26,828 bases of DNA from Paramecium tetraurelia (taxonomy: Eukaryota), in the NCBI GenBank assembly GCA_000165425.1, contig CT868056.1:186001-212828 (forward strand). Reading direction: 5' to 3'. The notes under the pieces are model-generated. The model had not been told where the DNA came from, did not search any database, and saw nothing but the letters and a program-made list of their open reading frames with translations. The stretch's first letter is position 1, and each line of letters opens with the position of its first letter. The translations under genes and the position numbers were made by a program. Below are positions 11,583 to 24,038 of this stretch, in pieces.

Positions 11583-13095
11583 ATGGATGATTAAACTATA
11601 ACTAATCGCGCAATAAAAGAAAAAAATATTGAAAAATTGTTTAAGTTAATACCAGACTCTTTGCCTGAATAAATCCAATATGCTCTGAAACAATCTGTAG
11701 AAGATTTATCCACCGTAGAAGCAGATTTAGATAAGCTTTAAGATTATATTTCTAAAGTTCATTCGAATGACCTAAATATCTAATATTTAGGACTAAATAG
11801 ATGTCGAAAACTATTGAATAACTCTCAATTAGCATTACCAAGAGAATAACTAATTGAAATTTTACTTCAAAACAATTTTTTAATAACGACCTTGCAAATA
11901 GCCCTAAACAACAAGGTTCAATTGTTGTAATATGAAGCACTTTGGATAATTTATAATATTGTGTGTTTAACATAATAAGAAATGAAAAATATTTTTGATA
12001 ATAATGCAATTAATATCCTCCTCCTAGTCCATGATTCTTAAATTGATGAAATCATTGAATTAGGAATTTGCATTTTAGCTAAGATTTCGGGCGAAAGTGT
12101 TTAATTTAGGAATATGCTTTTACAGAAAGGAATCGTTGAACAATTACTCAAATTAGCACCATGCTATCAATTGAATAACCCAGATATTTTTACATCAATA
12201 TTATGGGCTATGGCTAACTTAGGGAAATAAAAACATATTTTAAAAAAGGTACATGTTTTATTTGAGAAAATAGTTTAGTAAGAAATTAACATAAATTCTT
12301 TCAGAAATATTACTTTCAGTTTAGGATGAAAGCCAGATACTATACGCTTGTTGGGGATTGTATTATTTAAGCGATAATGATGATGGTCAATAATATTTTT
12401 CACTTAAGCCACCAGTTATTCAAAAATTAACTTTATTACTAAATTCGCAAAATGAATCTTTTATAACTCCAGCTTTGAAGACTATAGGAAACATTTTAAC
12501 AGGAAATGAAGAATAAACAGCTTAGGTTTTAAACACTGGAGTGTTAAAAGTGTTTGAAATGTTACTAACATAAAATTACAGTTAAGTAATTCAAAGGGAA
12601 GTAAAATCAGATTTATATTCAAGGTCTGTTGGTCTTTGTCTAATATTGTTGCTGGTACCCCAGCTTAAGTAGATTAAATTCTCAAAAATGATTCGCTCTT
12701 AAAATCCCTATTTAAATAGTTTTAATAGGGAGAAGCTTAAATCTTCAAAGAGATGTCATATTTTCTATCTAATTTAATTAGTTATACAGATTTAAATAGT
12801 ATAGGTCATTTTTTAACATAATATGATTGCTTTTAAAAAATGTCAATTATGCTAGACATAAATGATGAAACAATAAGGAGAATAATTCTAGAAGGAATTT
12901 TAGAATTTTCAAAAAAAAGTAAAATTTCTATTATATTAAGTTTAATATAATGCAAAATTATAAGAATATAAGCAATTGATGGAAAATTCAAAAATTATTG
13001 ACAAAGTTAAAATAATATAAAATAATGTCGCAAATGATTTGTCTGAGCAGGCTATTGAAATTTTGCAAACTTTAGATTAGGAAGAATTTGTTTGA
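11583..13095 (+). CDS. Divergent importin-alpha (armadillo repeat karyopherin, 480 aa); introns 12249-12273, 12601-12623, 12919-12940
   Basis: ARM motifs QYEALWIIYNI, ILWAMANL, ACWGLYYLSD, PALKTIGNILTGNEEQT and REVCWSLSNIVAGTPAQV match importin-alpha. Three introns of 25, 23 and 22 nt give a spliced length of 1443 nt ending in TGA. Confidence 0.9.
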
Positions 13096-13561
13096 AAGGA
13101 ATTTTATTTTATTCATTTTAAAATATGATTATATTTTAAAAAATTTCATTTAAATTAAGCATCATAACCTAATAGCTAACTTAAAATCTAACTGAGTTAA
13201 TAGTTTTCAGAAAAATAAGATTTCTATTATTTAATAGGAATCATTAAGATGAAGTTATCAATTGAAATATAATAAAACATTGAATCATATTTAAATTGAT
13301 TTCCTGAATTAAAAATCTAATTTCTGTAAGAAAATACAGTTTCTTTGTTAGCACAGTTAAATTATATATTTTAATCACTAAGGAATATTGAAAGAAATAT
13401 ATTTGTTTTTTTATTTAATTTTATGTTTATAGTGCTTCAAAATATTTATTTTGATATTATTTTTATTTCTCATTTTTTATTAAAAAGTATTTTTGTTAAT
13501 TGTGATTACGTCTGTCTCATATTTAAGATATGGTTTTAATTTAAAAAATTTAGAATCAATA

Positions 13562-14750
13562 ATGATACCCAAAACTCTGAAACTCTTATTATTAATTATA
13601 CCATAAATCAGCGGCATAATATTTGATCAAGGGTTATGCTAAGAAACATGTTAGTAACAAAATGCCAACTTTGATTGCAAGAACCAAATTCATTATACGT
13701 TTACTATAGCCTTTAGTTAACCTTTTGAAAATGTTCCTTAAGTCTTTCTTGTTCTAGATCTTCTCAGTGTTGATGTGAAAACAGATTTTAGAATATAGAT
13801 CGAAAATGTCACTAAATAAAGTGAAATACATTTATATTCATTAAGATTTCAACTTATTTGTAGTTTGCTTAACTGGTTGGGCAAGTTGTGTTAGAATAAA
13901 GTGGTATGCTATCGATGATTAGAGGTTTTAAATAGTCAATGCTTTTAATACTATAGATCTTACTTAAACGAAATTTCAACACAAGAATAAAAATGTGAAT
14001 ACAGAAATTGGCCTCATATCCTTGATAAGTCATAATTTTGATGAAATCAACTTTAAACTTTAAGTACTTTTTATCTAATAAGGAGATCGATGAAATTACA
14101 AGCGATGATGTTACAGTCTCTTTGACAAAGGTGCCCGCAGATTTTTCACAACAGGTTTAAGTGGGATTTCAAATTATTTTAGGACCAAAAGAAGCATTTC
14201 AAAATTTCCTTTTTATTGATTCTACAGATGATTATATACAACTTATTGAAGAGGTATAAAATTCATGGTTTTTATCCCTATTTACTGGAATGGGATATCC
14301 TTATACTGATGCTGTGAGATTAGATAAATAATATTGGTATTAAGGAGCTTCCACTTATGAGTATAGTTTAAAGACTTGTAAAATATTCTCCTAATGTTAG
14401 GGTACAGTGCTTTTACTCCTTGCTCTCATTCTCATGGATTTCTTTGTCATATCATAAATACAAAGTTTTATTCTTTAAATTTGATAAACTTCTAAGTCCT
14501 TCAAAAATCAGAACTTGTGTCTGCTACATAAATATCAATTTATTTTTTAGACAATAATTAAGTATTAGATACAGTCGGGGAATCACTAAATTACTTTAGA
14601 TAAGGGTCTAGAAAAGGTTTCAATCGATATTACAATTGCTTGTCCTTAAGGCATGATAGTTGAAAGTGATTTCAAGAAAAAAATCGATTGTTCTATTTAA
14701 TACCTTTACAAATCAAACTAAAAAAGAAGTAACACACTCAAAGAAATAGT
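13562..14750 (+). CDS. Secreted H-type lectin domain protein, 3' end lost in gap; introns 13821-13845 and 14378-14400; apparent frameshift near 14577-14580
   Basis: Signal peptide MIPKTLKLLLLIIPQISG. IAFSQPFENVPQVFLVLDLLSVD...IENVTKQNFNLFVVC...IKWYAID fits the H-type lectin pattern (F..PF...P.V...... IT..GF......W.A). A protein-like frame continues to the N gap after a frame change. Confidence 0.75.
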
Positions 14751-15532
14751 NNNNNNNNNNNNNNNNNNNNNNNNNNNNNNNNNNNNNNNNNNNNNNNNNN
14801 NNNNNNNNNNNNNNNNNNNNNNNNNNNNNNNNNNNNNNNNNNNNNNNNNNNNNNNNNNNNNNNNNNNNNNNNNNNNNNNNNNNNNNNNNNNNNNNNNNNN
14901 NNNNNNNNNNNNNNNNNNNNNNNNNNNNNNNNNNNNNNNNNNNNNNNNNNNNNNNNNNNNNNNNNNNNNNNNNNNNNNNNNNNNNNNNNNNNNNNNNNNN
15001 NNNNNNNNNNNNNNNNNNNNNNNNNNNNNNNNNNNNNNNNNNNNNNNNNNNNNNNNNNNNNNNNNNNNNNNNNNNNNNNNNNNNNNNNNNNNNNNNNNNN
15101 NNNNNNNNNNNNNNNNNNNNNNNNNNNNNNNNNNNNNNNNNNNNNNNNNNNNNNNNNNNNNNNNNNNNNNNNNNNNNNNNNNNNNNNNNNNNNNNNNNNN
15201 NNNNNNNNNNNNNNNNNNNNNNNNNNNNNNNNNNNNNNNNNNNNNNNNNNNNNNNNNNNNNNNNNNNNNNNNNNNNNNNNNNNNNNNNNNNNNNNNNNNN
15301 NNNNNNNNNNNNNNNNNNNNNNNNNNNNNNNNNNNNNNNNNNNNNNNNNNNNNNNNNNNNNNNNNNNNNNNNNNNNNNNNNNNNNNNNNNNNNNNNNNNN
15401 NNNNNNNNNNNNNNNNNNNNNNNNNNNNNNNNNNNNNNNNNNNNNNNNNNNNNNNNNNNNNNNNNNNNNNNNNNNNNNNNNNNNNNNNNNNNNNNNNNNN
15501 NNNNNNNNNNNNNNNNNNNNNNNNNNNNNNNN
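14751..15532. other. Assembly gap (N run)
   Basis: 782 consecutive N. Confidence 0.99.
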
Positions 15533-16129
15533 ATCATAAAACATTCAAACTATATATTTATAAAGTTTTTAGGTTAAATCATGCGAGAAAAAGAGTTACC
15601 TATAAAATCCTAATAATGCTAATATCTGCTTTAACCCACCCTTTTAATTTTATGTATTTTGTTAAATTTATATTCATAAAATATATAGTAATATTCAATA
15701 ATAATATATTTATATTAGCTCTAATTTGAAATTTTTATAAATAAAAAAGTGTTAATTTTATCTTTTAATGATTTAATTATTATTCATTTGAACAAGTACT
15801 ATTTAACGACAAATCCTCAATCAAGATCACTATTCTATTTATATTTTGTCTCGAAATCTCTTTATTAATTTTAAGATACTATATTATTTTTATTAATTTA
15901 CTAATAAGATTAAGCTTAGTACGTTTAATTAAAGAAAGCAATTTTTAGAAATCTTTTTATTTCGAAAAGTTAAATTTTAGCATATTATCCTAAAAAAATT
16001 ATCAGTAGAAACTCCCATTAGAATTGTCTTGTATAAAAATTGAAAGTCTATTTTCAAATTCTAAACAAGTGATATTATATTCTTAATGTATATTATAAAA
16101 TTAAATTTAATTATTTTCTAAAAGAATCA

Positions 16130-17150
16130 AAGAAAAGAAGATTTTGGCATTAGGGTTTATTATAGACCAAAGCATATTTTAAGGAAAAATTCAATAAAAC
16201 ATTAACTTGCATAATATCTTTGTATGCATGCACAAGTATTTTCAAGCTGAATAAGAATAGTTCAATTCTATTAATATTTAATTATAATTGCTTAACTTTT
16301 AATTAATAAATATCACAATATCAGTCAATTTTGAATAAAAAATAATAATAAAGTCAGCTCTCTAGAATTGTATTGAGTATTCGAAATTAGAAGAAAGAGG
16401 ATCATTGCAAATTTGGCAAGTAACACCAAATTCACTTTATGTTGACGAAAATTCACCCATCATCAAAATAGTTTGAAGAAGAAATGCATTCAAAATTCTT
16501 TGACTACTATATTAGTAGATTATCTATTTTTAGGATCTTTTTCTCAATGATATCTCATATATATATGAGTAATGGATACCTATTGAATAAATTTATTTAT
16601 TATTACTAAACATTCTAATTTGAGTTTAATCATCAAAATATAAAGGTTTACTTAAATAAGCCTTCTTTAATAGCCATCAAGTATCTTTAGAGCTTAATTA
16701 TCAAAACAATTTGTTGCTCCACCAGAACCATAAATATAACTATTATAATTTTTTAAGTATCAAAACAAAAAGCCTTAATGCTATAATAATTTCCATAAGT
16801 ATTTACCGAGGTACTCCTGAGTANNNNNNNNNNNNNNNNNNNNNNNNNNNNNNNNNNNNNNNNNNNNNNNNNNNNNNNNNNNNNNNNNNNNNNNNNNNNN
16901 NNNNNNNNNNNNNNNNNNNNNNNNNNNNNNNNNNNNNNNNNNNNNNNNNNNNNNNNNNNNNACTATTTTATCCTGGAATTAAACAATTTTAATTAGAAGT
17001 CTCTTTAGCTATTTAAACATGTCGAGCATTTGGATGGTATTCTAGGTGACCTATCGTTTTCCTCTTCAAAATTATTCGATAGAAATCCTTCATACATAAG
17101 ATAAGGATTTCAAGTGAAAGAGATAAATATTATAAAAAGGAACAACAAAT
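16130..17150 (-). pseudogene. Possible decayed remnant of a Cys-rich secreted/surface protein gene (spans a gap)
   Basis: Protein-like fragments in changing frames with TGA stops: LLFLFIIFISFT*, YEGFLSNNFEEE, KCSTCLN, YIYGSGGATNCFD, FECISSSNYFDDG*, VTCQIC and NTCACIQRYY. No intact ORF; boundaries are approximate. Confidence 0.35.
16824..16961. other. Assembly gap (N run)
   Basis: 138 consecutive N. Confidence 0.99.
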
Positions 17151-17298
17151 TTATTTTCTTAAAATCAATGCTTACAGTAGCCTCTAGAATATTATAGTTA
17201 TGAAAAGTATAGAATTAAATACAAAAACGTTGAGAACACCTTCTTGCTATTTTAGAGGACTTTTGGGAAAAATTAAAATTTAAATAAGACATATATTC

Positions 17299-20200
17299 TC
17301 ATTTTTTTTGCTAATTTATTTTGACTATATAAAATAATTCTATTTTCTTTTTTTATAACTCTTTTTTTCTCTTATAGTTTTTCCAAGCTTTATTAATACA
17401 TTCAATTAAATCAATGATTAAGTTTGAAATTAAGATTAAGGAAAAAAGGGCAATATGAATCCATCCATAAAGTAACATTTTATCTTGATCAAATTCAAAA
17501 CTATAAATTAAAAATGAACCTGTAATTAGAATAAATAAAACCTCTCTAGATATTAATTTTGCATATTCATAAATAGACTATAGAGGTTTAAATTTTATTA
17601 AGTAAATTAGGTAAAAAGATGAGGACATTGAAAGTAATACAGATTGTATTTATGGATAGTCTAGAGCAACAACAATAGTAAATATGTAGAACATAATTCT
17701 GAAGATCTAAAAGGATTTGTAATTAGCAGCCCAAAATTCAGATTTGGAATCTTGATAAAAATACAACCATTTGTTTTTATCTTTTTTATCAATAGATGTT
17801 ATAGAAAGTAGTTTTAAACTAATAAATATGATTATCACTAATCCAATAATTGCATTTACGCTATTAAATGCCATAAGAAGGGAATCAAAGGTGTAATTAG
17901 GAAATTGTAAAAATATACTAAATAACAATTAATGAAGAATTGCTAAATACACTTTAAATACTCCAAAAGATAAGTATTCATTTTTGAATTTCAAACAAGA
18001 TTTCTATATTTTTTATTAAAAGAATCTATCAATTAACAAATATCTTTTATTATTTTTGAACTTTTTTAGTAAAACTTTATGTATGTTTTCAATTCTGTGA
18101 GATGACAATAGGCTGCAAATGAAATATGTTATTAATGAAATAATTATAGAGAAGTAACAACTCTTAGCATTCAACAAATAAAACTAGTTTAATGGATTAA
18201 GTTAATTTTAATTTGATTTTTTACTTTAAAATGGTATGGTTCCCCCATTCAAATAACTGAACATTTCATCTATTCTAAAAAAAACCCATATTGGGTTTTN
18301 NNNNNNNNNNNNNNNNNNNNNNNNNNNNNNNNNNNNNNNNNNNNNNNNNNNNNNNNNNNNNNNNNNNNNNNNNNNNNNNNNNNNNNNNNNNNNNNNNNNN
18401 NNNNNNNNNNNNNNNNNNNNNNNNNNNNNNNNNNNNNNNNNNNNNNNNNTAATAAAATATTGGTATTAATGTTAATTTAGTAAAAGTGTTAACAAATTAT
18501 ATTAAATGAGGTGGAAATTAATATGACATACGTTCTCATATAGGATAAAGATTGTAATAGATCTAATAAAGCGAAAAACATTATAGCATTACCACTTAGT
18601 AAAGATAAACCTGAAATGCCAATCATGGAATAAATCATTCCATCATTCAAAAGAACAATTTATGTCACTTTTTTTTGTGTACTTTCAGATAAAACAAAAG
18701 GGTTACCTAGACTGACTTGCAACTCATTTCTCTTTAAATCTAAATTATTTTCATTTATAATTGTTTATTAAGCCAAATTAACCTAAAGAACAGGATCATT
18801 TATAGCTTCTCTGAAGTTAATAAAAAATTAATAAATTGGATTATCAAATGTTGTGGATAACTTGACAATCGGTTTGATATTAATTACTTCATTGGTTTTT
18901 GGAATAAGAAAAACGACTGCAATATCTTCAAAGTTTAAATCAACTAGTAATTTGACTTTTTGCGTGAACCTTAATTCAATTACTTAAGTGTCGTTTGATT
19001 AGCTAGAGAGACGTTATAACATAAAGTCAGGAGGTAAAATGTAGGAACACATGCTCATACTGTTTTCATGATTTTAACATTAATAGGAGTCCTCCTCAAA
19101 ACAGTAAAATGAGCAGCCATCTCCTCCGATTTAGTTTCCATCATCACATTATTCATATTTTAAACTAAGAATTCCATTTCCACATTAATTAACACATTCA
19201 TAATCTATAAAAATGAAATTTTTGCTGCAAATAATATTCTAGATATTCTCAATATCATCTTAATTCTATACATTCTCTGATTCGATCTCTTAACATTAAG
19301 CAGTTTCATTATTTAAGATGTATTAACTATCGCATTTTTTGCAATATAATCCTTTTTCACAATCAAGACAGCCTTTTTAGCATTAAAATTAGCATTAATA
19401 ACACCCATCATTTGATTCTATATTTCCATCATCACAATCCTCAAATGCAGGAATAACGATACCATCACCACATACAGGTAAGCATAATTACCCTTCTAAT
19501 TGAAAGTAATCTTAACAAAGAGCACAAATTTAGTTATTTAAGCATGTTAGGCAATTAGGATCACATTCGAGTTGGCATTCAAAACACCCATCACTTTGAA
19601 TCTGATTTGCATCATCACATTATTCAATTGAATTAAAAGCTATCAATCCATCTCCACATATTTGATAACATTGATAATTTATAATCTACCAACCTTCAAT
19701 ACAAGAGTAGCATTATTATTATACACATTCTTTGCATTCTAATTAGCAGCTTAATTAGCATTTATAGCACCATCAAATTAAATTCCATTGGCGTCATCAC
19801 ATTCTTCATAATCTACTATCAGGCCATCATTGCATTTTGAGATGCACTTTTATTTACTTATTGCTAANNNNNNNNNNNNNNNNNNNNNNNNNNNNNNNNN
19901 NNNNNNNNNNNNNNNNNNNNNNNNNNNNNNNNNNNNNNNNNNNNNNNNNNNNNNNNNNNNNNNNNNNNNNNNNNNNNNNNNNNNNNNNNNNNNNNNNNNN
20001 NNNNNNNNNNNNNNNNNNNNNNNNNNNNNNNNNNNNNNNNNNNNNNNNNNNNNNNNNNNNNNNNNNNNNNNNNNNNNNNNNNNNNNNNNNNNNNNNNNNN
20101 NNNNNNNNNNNNNNNNNNNNNNNNNNNNNNNNNNNNNNNNNNNNNNNNNNNNNNNNNNNNNNNNNNNNNNNNNNNNNNNNNNNNNNNNNNNNNNNNNNNN

Positions 20201-21609
20201 NNNNNNNNNNNNNNNNNNNNNNNNNNNNNNNNNNNNNNNNNNNNNNNNNNNNNNNNNNNNNNNNNNNNNNNNNNNNNNNNNNNNNNNNNNNNNNNNNNNN
20301 NNNNNNNNNNNNNNNNNNNNNNNNNNNNNNNNNNNNNNNNNNNNNNNNNNNNNNNNNNNNNNNNNNNNNNNNNNNNNNNNNNNNNNNNNNNNNNNNNNNN
20401 NNNNNNNNNNNNNNNNNNNNNNNNNNNNNNNNNNNNNNNNNNNNNNNNNNNNNNNNATTCACAGCCTTCAATATATTAAGAAATCTCTAATTAACAATCT
20501 TCAAAAGGCAATTCTTATGAAGCCGTCATAAATAATTAAAAATCTGCTATCCCAAAATAAGTTGCACCTAAGGAAAAATCCAATGATGTCAAAATAACAT
20601 CCGCACGAATTTTGATTCTTGGATTTGTGTGCAATAAATCTGTTATCACTACATCTAGAATCTAAATATGACTGCAAAAGGGAATTGTCCAAGATATCGG
20701 TGATTATAATTACTATTATGTAGCTACTAATTAATCATCAATTTTTATAGTAAGAGTCTGGGGATTAGAATTTATTAAGAAGAATCTAATTTTTGAACTA
20801 ATCCTGATATGAGTATCCAAATCAATCTCCATTTCCATATATGTTCCAGCTGTCTGAAGATATACATAATCTAAATAGCAAAATAATATACCTAAACAAC
20901 TTGATTAAGTAGTCACCATATTCATTGAAGTCGGTGATAAATTAATAGGTGATAATTATTAATTGAAGCATTGAGTTTCACTACATGAATCACATCCTAA
21001 AGCACATTCATGAATAATTAATTAAAAGTCTGAAATTCCCCAAAGTAATCCTTAACCTTTTAAAATTATCCATATAGATGGGTAATTATGATAAAGGGTT
21101 ATAGATATGTCTGTGATTAAATAGGATTTTGATGAATCAAGACAAAAGGGAAAAGAACTCAAGTGAGTAAATCCTTGATTATATTTTGTTTGCTAATCAA
21201 CAAACACTTAAAAATATTAATTGATCCAAACATCAATTCTAAGTTTATCAATATTATATATGATACATCCAAAATTTGAAAGAAAAAGAGACTTAATAAT
21301 GGGGATCAAGATCAAATTTCTTAGCTATAAGAGAATTATCAATTTGATTAGCATTATCAAGAAATAAAATATTTTAGGTGCCACAAGCAATAACTTTATA
21401 TTAGCAAGGTTGATGATTTACCAATAACCAATCTATCAATCATTAACAATTTTACCATTATCAGCTAAAGTAAATAATCCTGACAATTTAGAATAAACTG
21501 TTTTTCCATTTGATATATTGAGAATCATTATCATTAGGATAACTGCTTTTAGTAAACTTGTATTTTTTCTCAACAAAGAATCTAATAAGGTTGTTAATAA
21601 TTAACACAT
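17299..21609 (-). CDS. Large surface protein with Myxococcus-type Cys-rich repeats (CGDG...CDDGN...DGC) and a C-terminal multi-pass membrane domain; interrupted by two gaps; introns 21433-21455, 21239-21266, probably 20871-20891
   Basis: N-terminal hydrophobic segment (LLKAVILMIMILNISNG) and KKFDLDPHYQVSFSFKFW / WGISDF domains. Repeats ICGDGLIAFNSIEQCDDANQIQSDGC, VCGDGIVIPAFEDCDDGNIESNDGC and QCGNGILSLKYEQCDDGNQIGGDGC. Then LLDLLQSLSY..YQFPPHL and several TM helices ending GWIHIALFSLILISNLIIDL with a basic tail to TGA at 17299. One frame slip near 18531. Confidence 0.85.
18300..18449. other. Assembly gap (N run), probably oversized
   Basis: 150 consecutive N; the two flanks appear to encode the same peptide position. 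Confidence 0.97.
19020..19867 (-). repeat. Tandem Cys-rich protein repeat units (CGD/NG-x-CDD-x-DGC)
   Basis: At least four copies of the plus-strand signature CATCAC (CDD codons) near 19143, 19431, 19614 and 19796, each with flanking CxxC motifs. The array continues into the gap. Confidence 0.85.
19868..20456. other. Assembly gap (N run) within the Cys-rich repeat array
   Basis: 589 consecutive N. Confidence 0.99.
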
Positions 21610-22059
21610 CGATTAATTCAAAATTATATTTGATAGAAATCAAAAATTATATTAGTTGAAATAGGGGTGTATATTAATATTTAAAGGCTAGCTAGCAAGC
21701 TTATCAACTTTAAACAATACCTAATCTTATATTAGAATACAATCAACTTTCAACATTGTTTCAAATACTTAAATTATGAAAAAGAATGCCCATCAGTTTT
21801 ATTATTAAAATAGATTATGATTAATACATTAATCTGTAATGGAATTTTATTAATATTAAGATTATCATCCTGAAAAGAAAATAACTTGTTGTGTTGATTC
21901 AAAGTGTTAATGATTCATAAGCCTTCCAAATTTGTTGAATCTATTCAACACCTTATAATGATACCTAATTGAACAAAAACTTACTCATTGAAATTAACAA
22001 TTTTTTAATCTTGAATTAGAAAATATATAAATGTAATAAGTAAAAAAATGACTGAAATG

Positions 22060-22223
22060 TTGATGAAGCAATGGTCACGAATATAATCCTGGTTTGTATT
22101 CAGTATAATGACTATTTGACATAATTACCTTGTAGTGTTTGAGATAATCATATATATGATTGCTGATATTTAAATCAAACAAATCGGCATTACATATAGA
22201 ATTGTTTTAGTTGTTAGAAATGA
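22060..22223 (+). pseudogene. Possible decayed RING-H2 finger remnant
   Basis: One frame reads IILVCIQYNDYLTQLPCSV*DNHIYDC*YLNQTNRHYIQNCFSCQK*. This resembles C..C......D...QLPC..H.(F/Y)H..C...W.....CP.C but has two internal TGA and missing ligands. Confidence 0.3.
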
Positions 22224-22499
22224 AATTTAATCTACCTTCGAAATTAAAGATTATATCCCAATATTAGGATTTTTTATTAAATTGTTATTCTCTCTTATTG
22301 ACCTGAAGAATTCTAGAATAATTAATGATTATTCATTCAAATGAAATATAAATTTTTCTTTGTGTGCATTAGAACATTGATAACCTTAATTCAAGAATAA
22401 TAACTGGTTAAAATATCACATAACCAAGTTCATGTCTAGTTCCTAAGAGATTCTATGTTTGACATTAAATTTGTATTGTTATCAGAAAAATTAACTTTA

Positions 22500-23890
22500 T
22501 TTTTGCTTCATACAATTTTCTAAATAGATTATCGTATGTGGCTTTGAAGCAATATTTTGTTTAGGCCAGTTGTTTGTACTTGCCGATGAATAGTAATTTA
22601 AAAAAATATTATAATGCTTTGGAATAATTTCTTGTTATTAAAATTTAGATCAAATGGACTTGAAAGCCTCAAATCCAATCTACTCTTATAATAAAGCTTA
22701 ACCTTATTCTTAAGTAAGGACTTGAAGCAATATCTCGTTTCAAATCTTATATCAAGAGAACAGGAAAATGAAATATATACTTTTAAAGAACCAAAGTCCA
22801 AAATTGGTGACTGAGAATAAATTGCTTTGATATTGCAAGAATAGAATTTCCAAAAAAGCAATTATTTATTTCTAAGTTATTCGAATTTCTCTTGTTAAAA
22901 GTTTTATTAGAAAATATTGATGTATAAAAATTTGATCATTTTTCAAATTAATAGCTTTTAATTCTTTATTTTAAACTCTGAGTAAATATATTATACATAT
23001 TCTTGTCCCTAAACTACTTCATCAACAATAGTGTCTTCAAGTTTACTTACTTATCCTCATCTCCCTGCTAATTTGCACTTCATATTTACATCCTTTTACA
23101 TTTATAAAATTTTGAATCGATCTAATATGTCAATAACAACCTTGTATATGATTAATTTTCCCTATCAATCAGTTCTATCGATGACATCCAAAATCTATAA
23201 AAAATATTATCCTGAATTTTCAAATATTGTAATCAAGATCATTAATTTCAAATATAAATATAACTAATTTTTGATTATTTTTCCAGGAAATTCAACATTT
23301 ATGGATAATAACCATAATCAAAAGCCTTTCCATTAGGTACCAATATTTCTGCACTATAATGTAAATGATATTTCAAAATAAATCTACTTTCACAAAATAA
23401 AATTGATATTTAAAACTCCCACCGATATCTTTTCAGATTCATACACACTTGTAAAGTATCCATCCGAACTCCTGAATATATAATGTTGAGAAAGACATTT
23501 CTTAAGAGCTACAATTTTATATAATTATACTATGATATAGGTTTTAAGAGCAGCTCAATATTCAAATGAGAGTAAATCAAATTCAATAGTTCTAAAAAAA
23601 GAAAATTTAAAATTTTATTTTAAATGCATTTTTGATCTAAAGAAAAATCCTGAAACATCTTTGATGAATATATATAGGAGATTAAATTTGAAGGAATTAT
23701 TCTTTCTGAATCCAGGAAATCTGAATTAGAAATTATCATTACCTGCTCAAATTGTCTCAATTCGTAAAGCATTTCTTTCAATTGCTGCAAATCTTTTGGA
23801 CACATTCTCAAGGGTTTCAATAATTTCTGCTTTACTTCAAAATTTTTCAAAAGGATTTCTCTTCTTTTGCAATAGCCTCAAAGAATTAAC
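22500..23890 (-). pseudogene. Possible degraded coding sequence of unknown family
   Basis: Slightly higher GC and protein-like stretches (KLLKPLRMCPKDLQQLKEMLYELRQFEQ; SKLEDTIVDEVVQGQE) broken by TGA stops and frame changes. No coherent gene model found. Confidence 0.25.
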
Positions 23891-24038
23891 ATTGGTGTTT
23901 TATTTGTAAAGTTATTGTGATCAATGTATTTATAAAATATTGTTTTAAAATATATAATAATAATTTATTTAAATTTTTCAATTATACTATATTGATAACT
24001 ATTAACAAATAATGTGTTATAATAAAATGATATTAACT

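Noticed and set aside
1..13095. Interpreting frequent TAA/TAG as mass pseudogenisation or a recoded phage/bacterial genome
   Set aside because: Spliceosomal introns, eukaryote-specific genes (importin-alpha) and Gln-consistent positions indicate the ciliate nuclear code.
14064..14084. Possible extra 18-21 nt in-frame intron in the H-lectin gene (GTACTTTTATCTAATAAG[GAG])
   Set aside because: The frame is open either way and the length or acceptor is atypical; undecidable without RNA-seq.
16150..16158. TTAGGGTTT (and TTGGGTTTT at 18291) as telomeric seeds
   Set aside because: Single copies, not tandem; expected by chance.
14713..20531. Long poly-X ORFs in the track
   Set aside because: Artefacts of translating N gaps.
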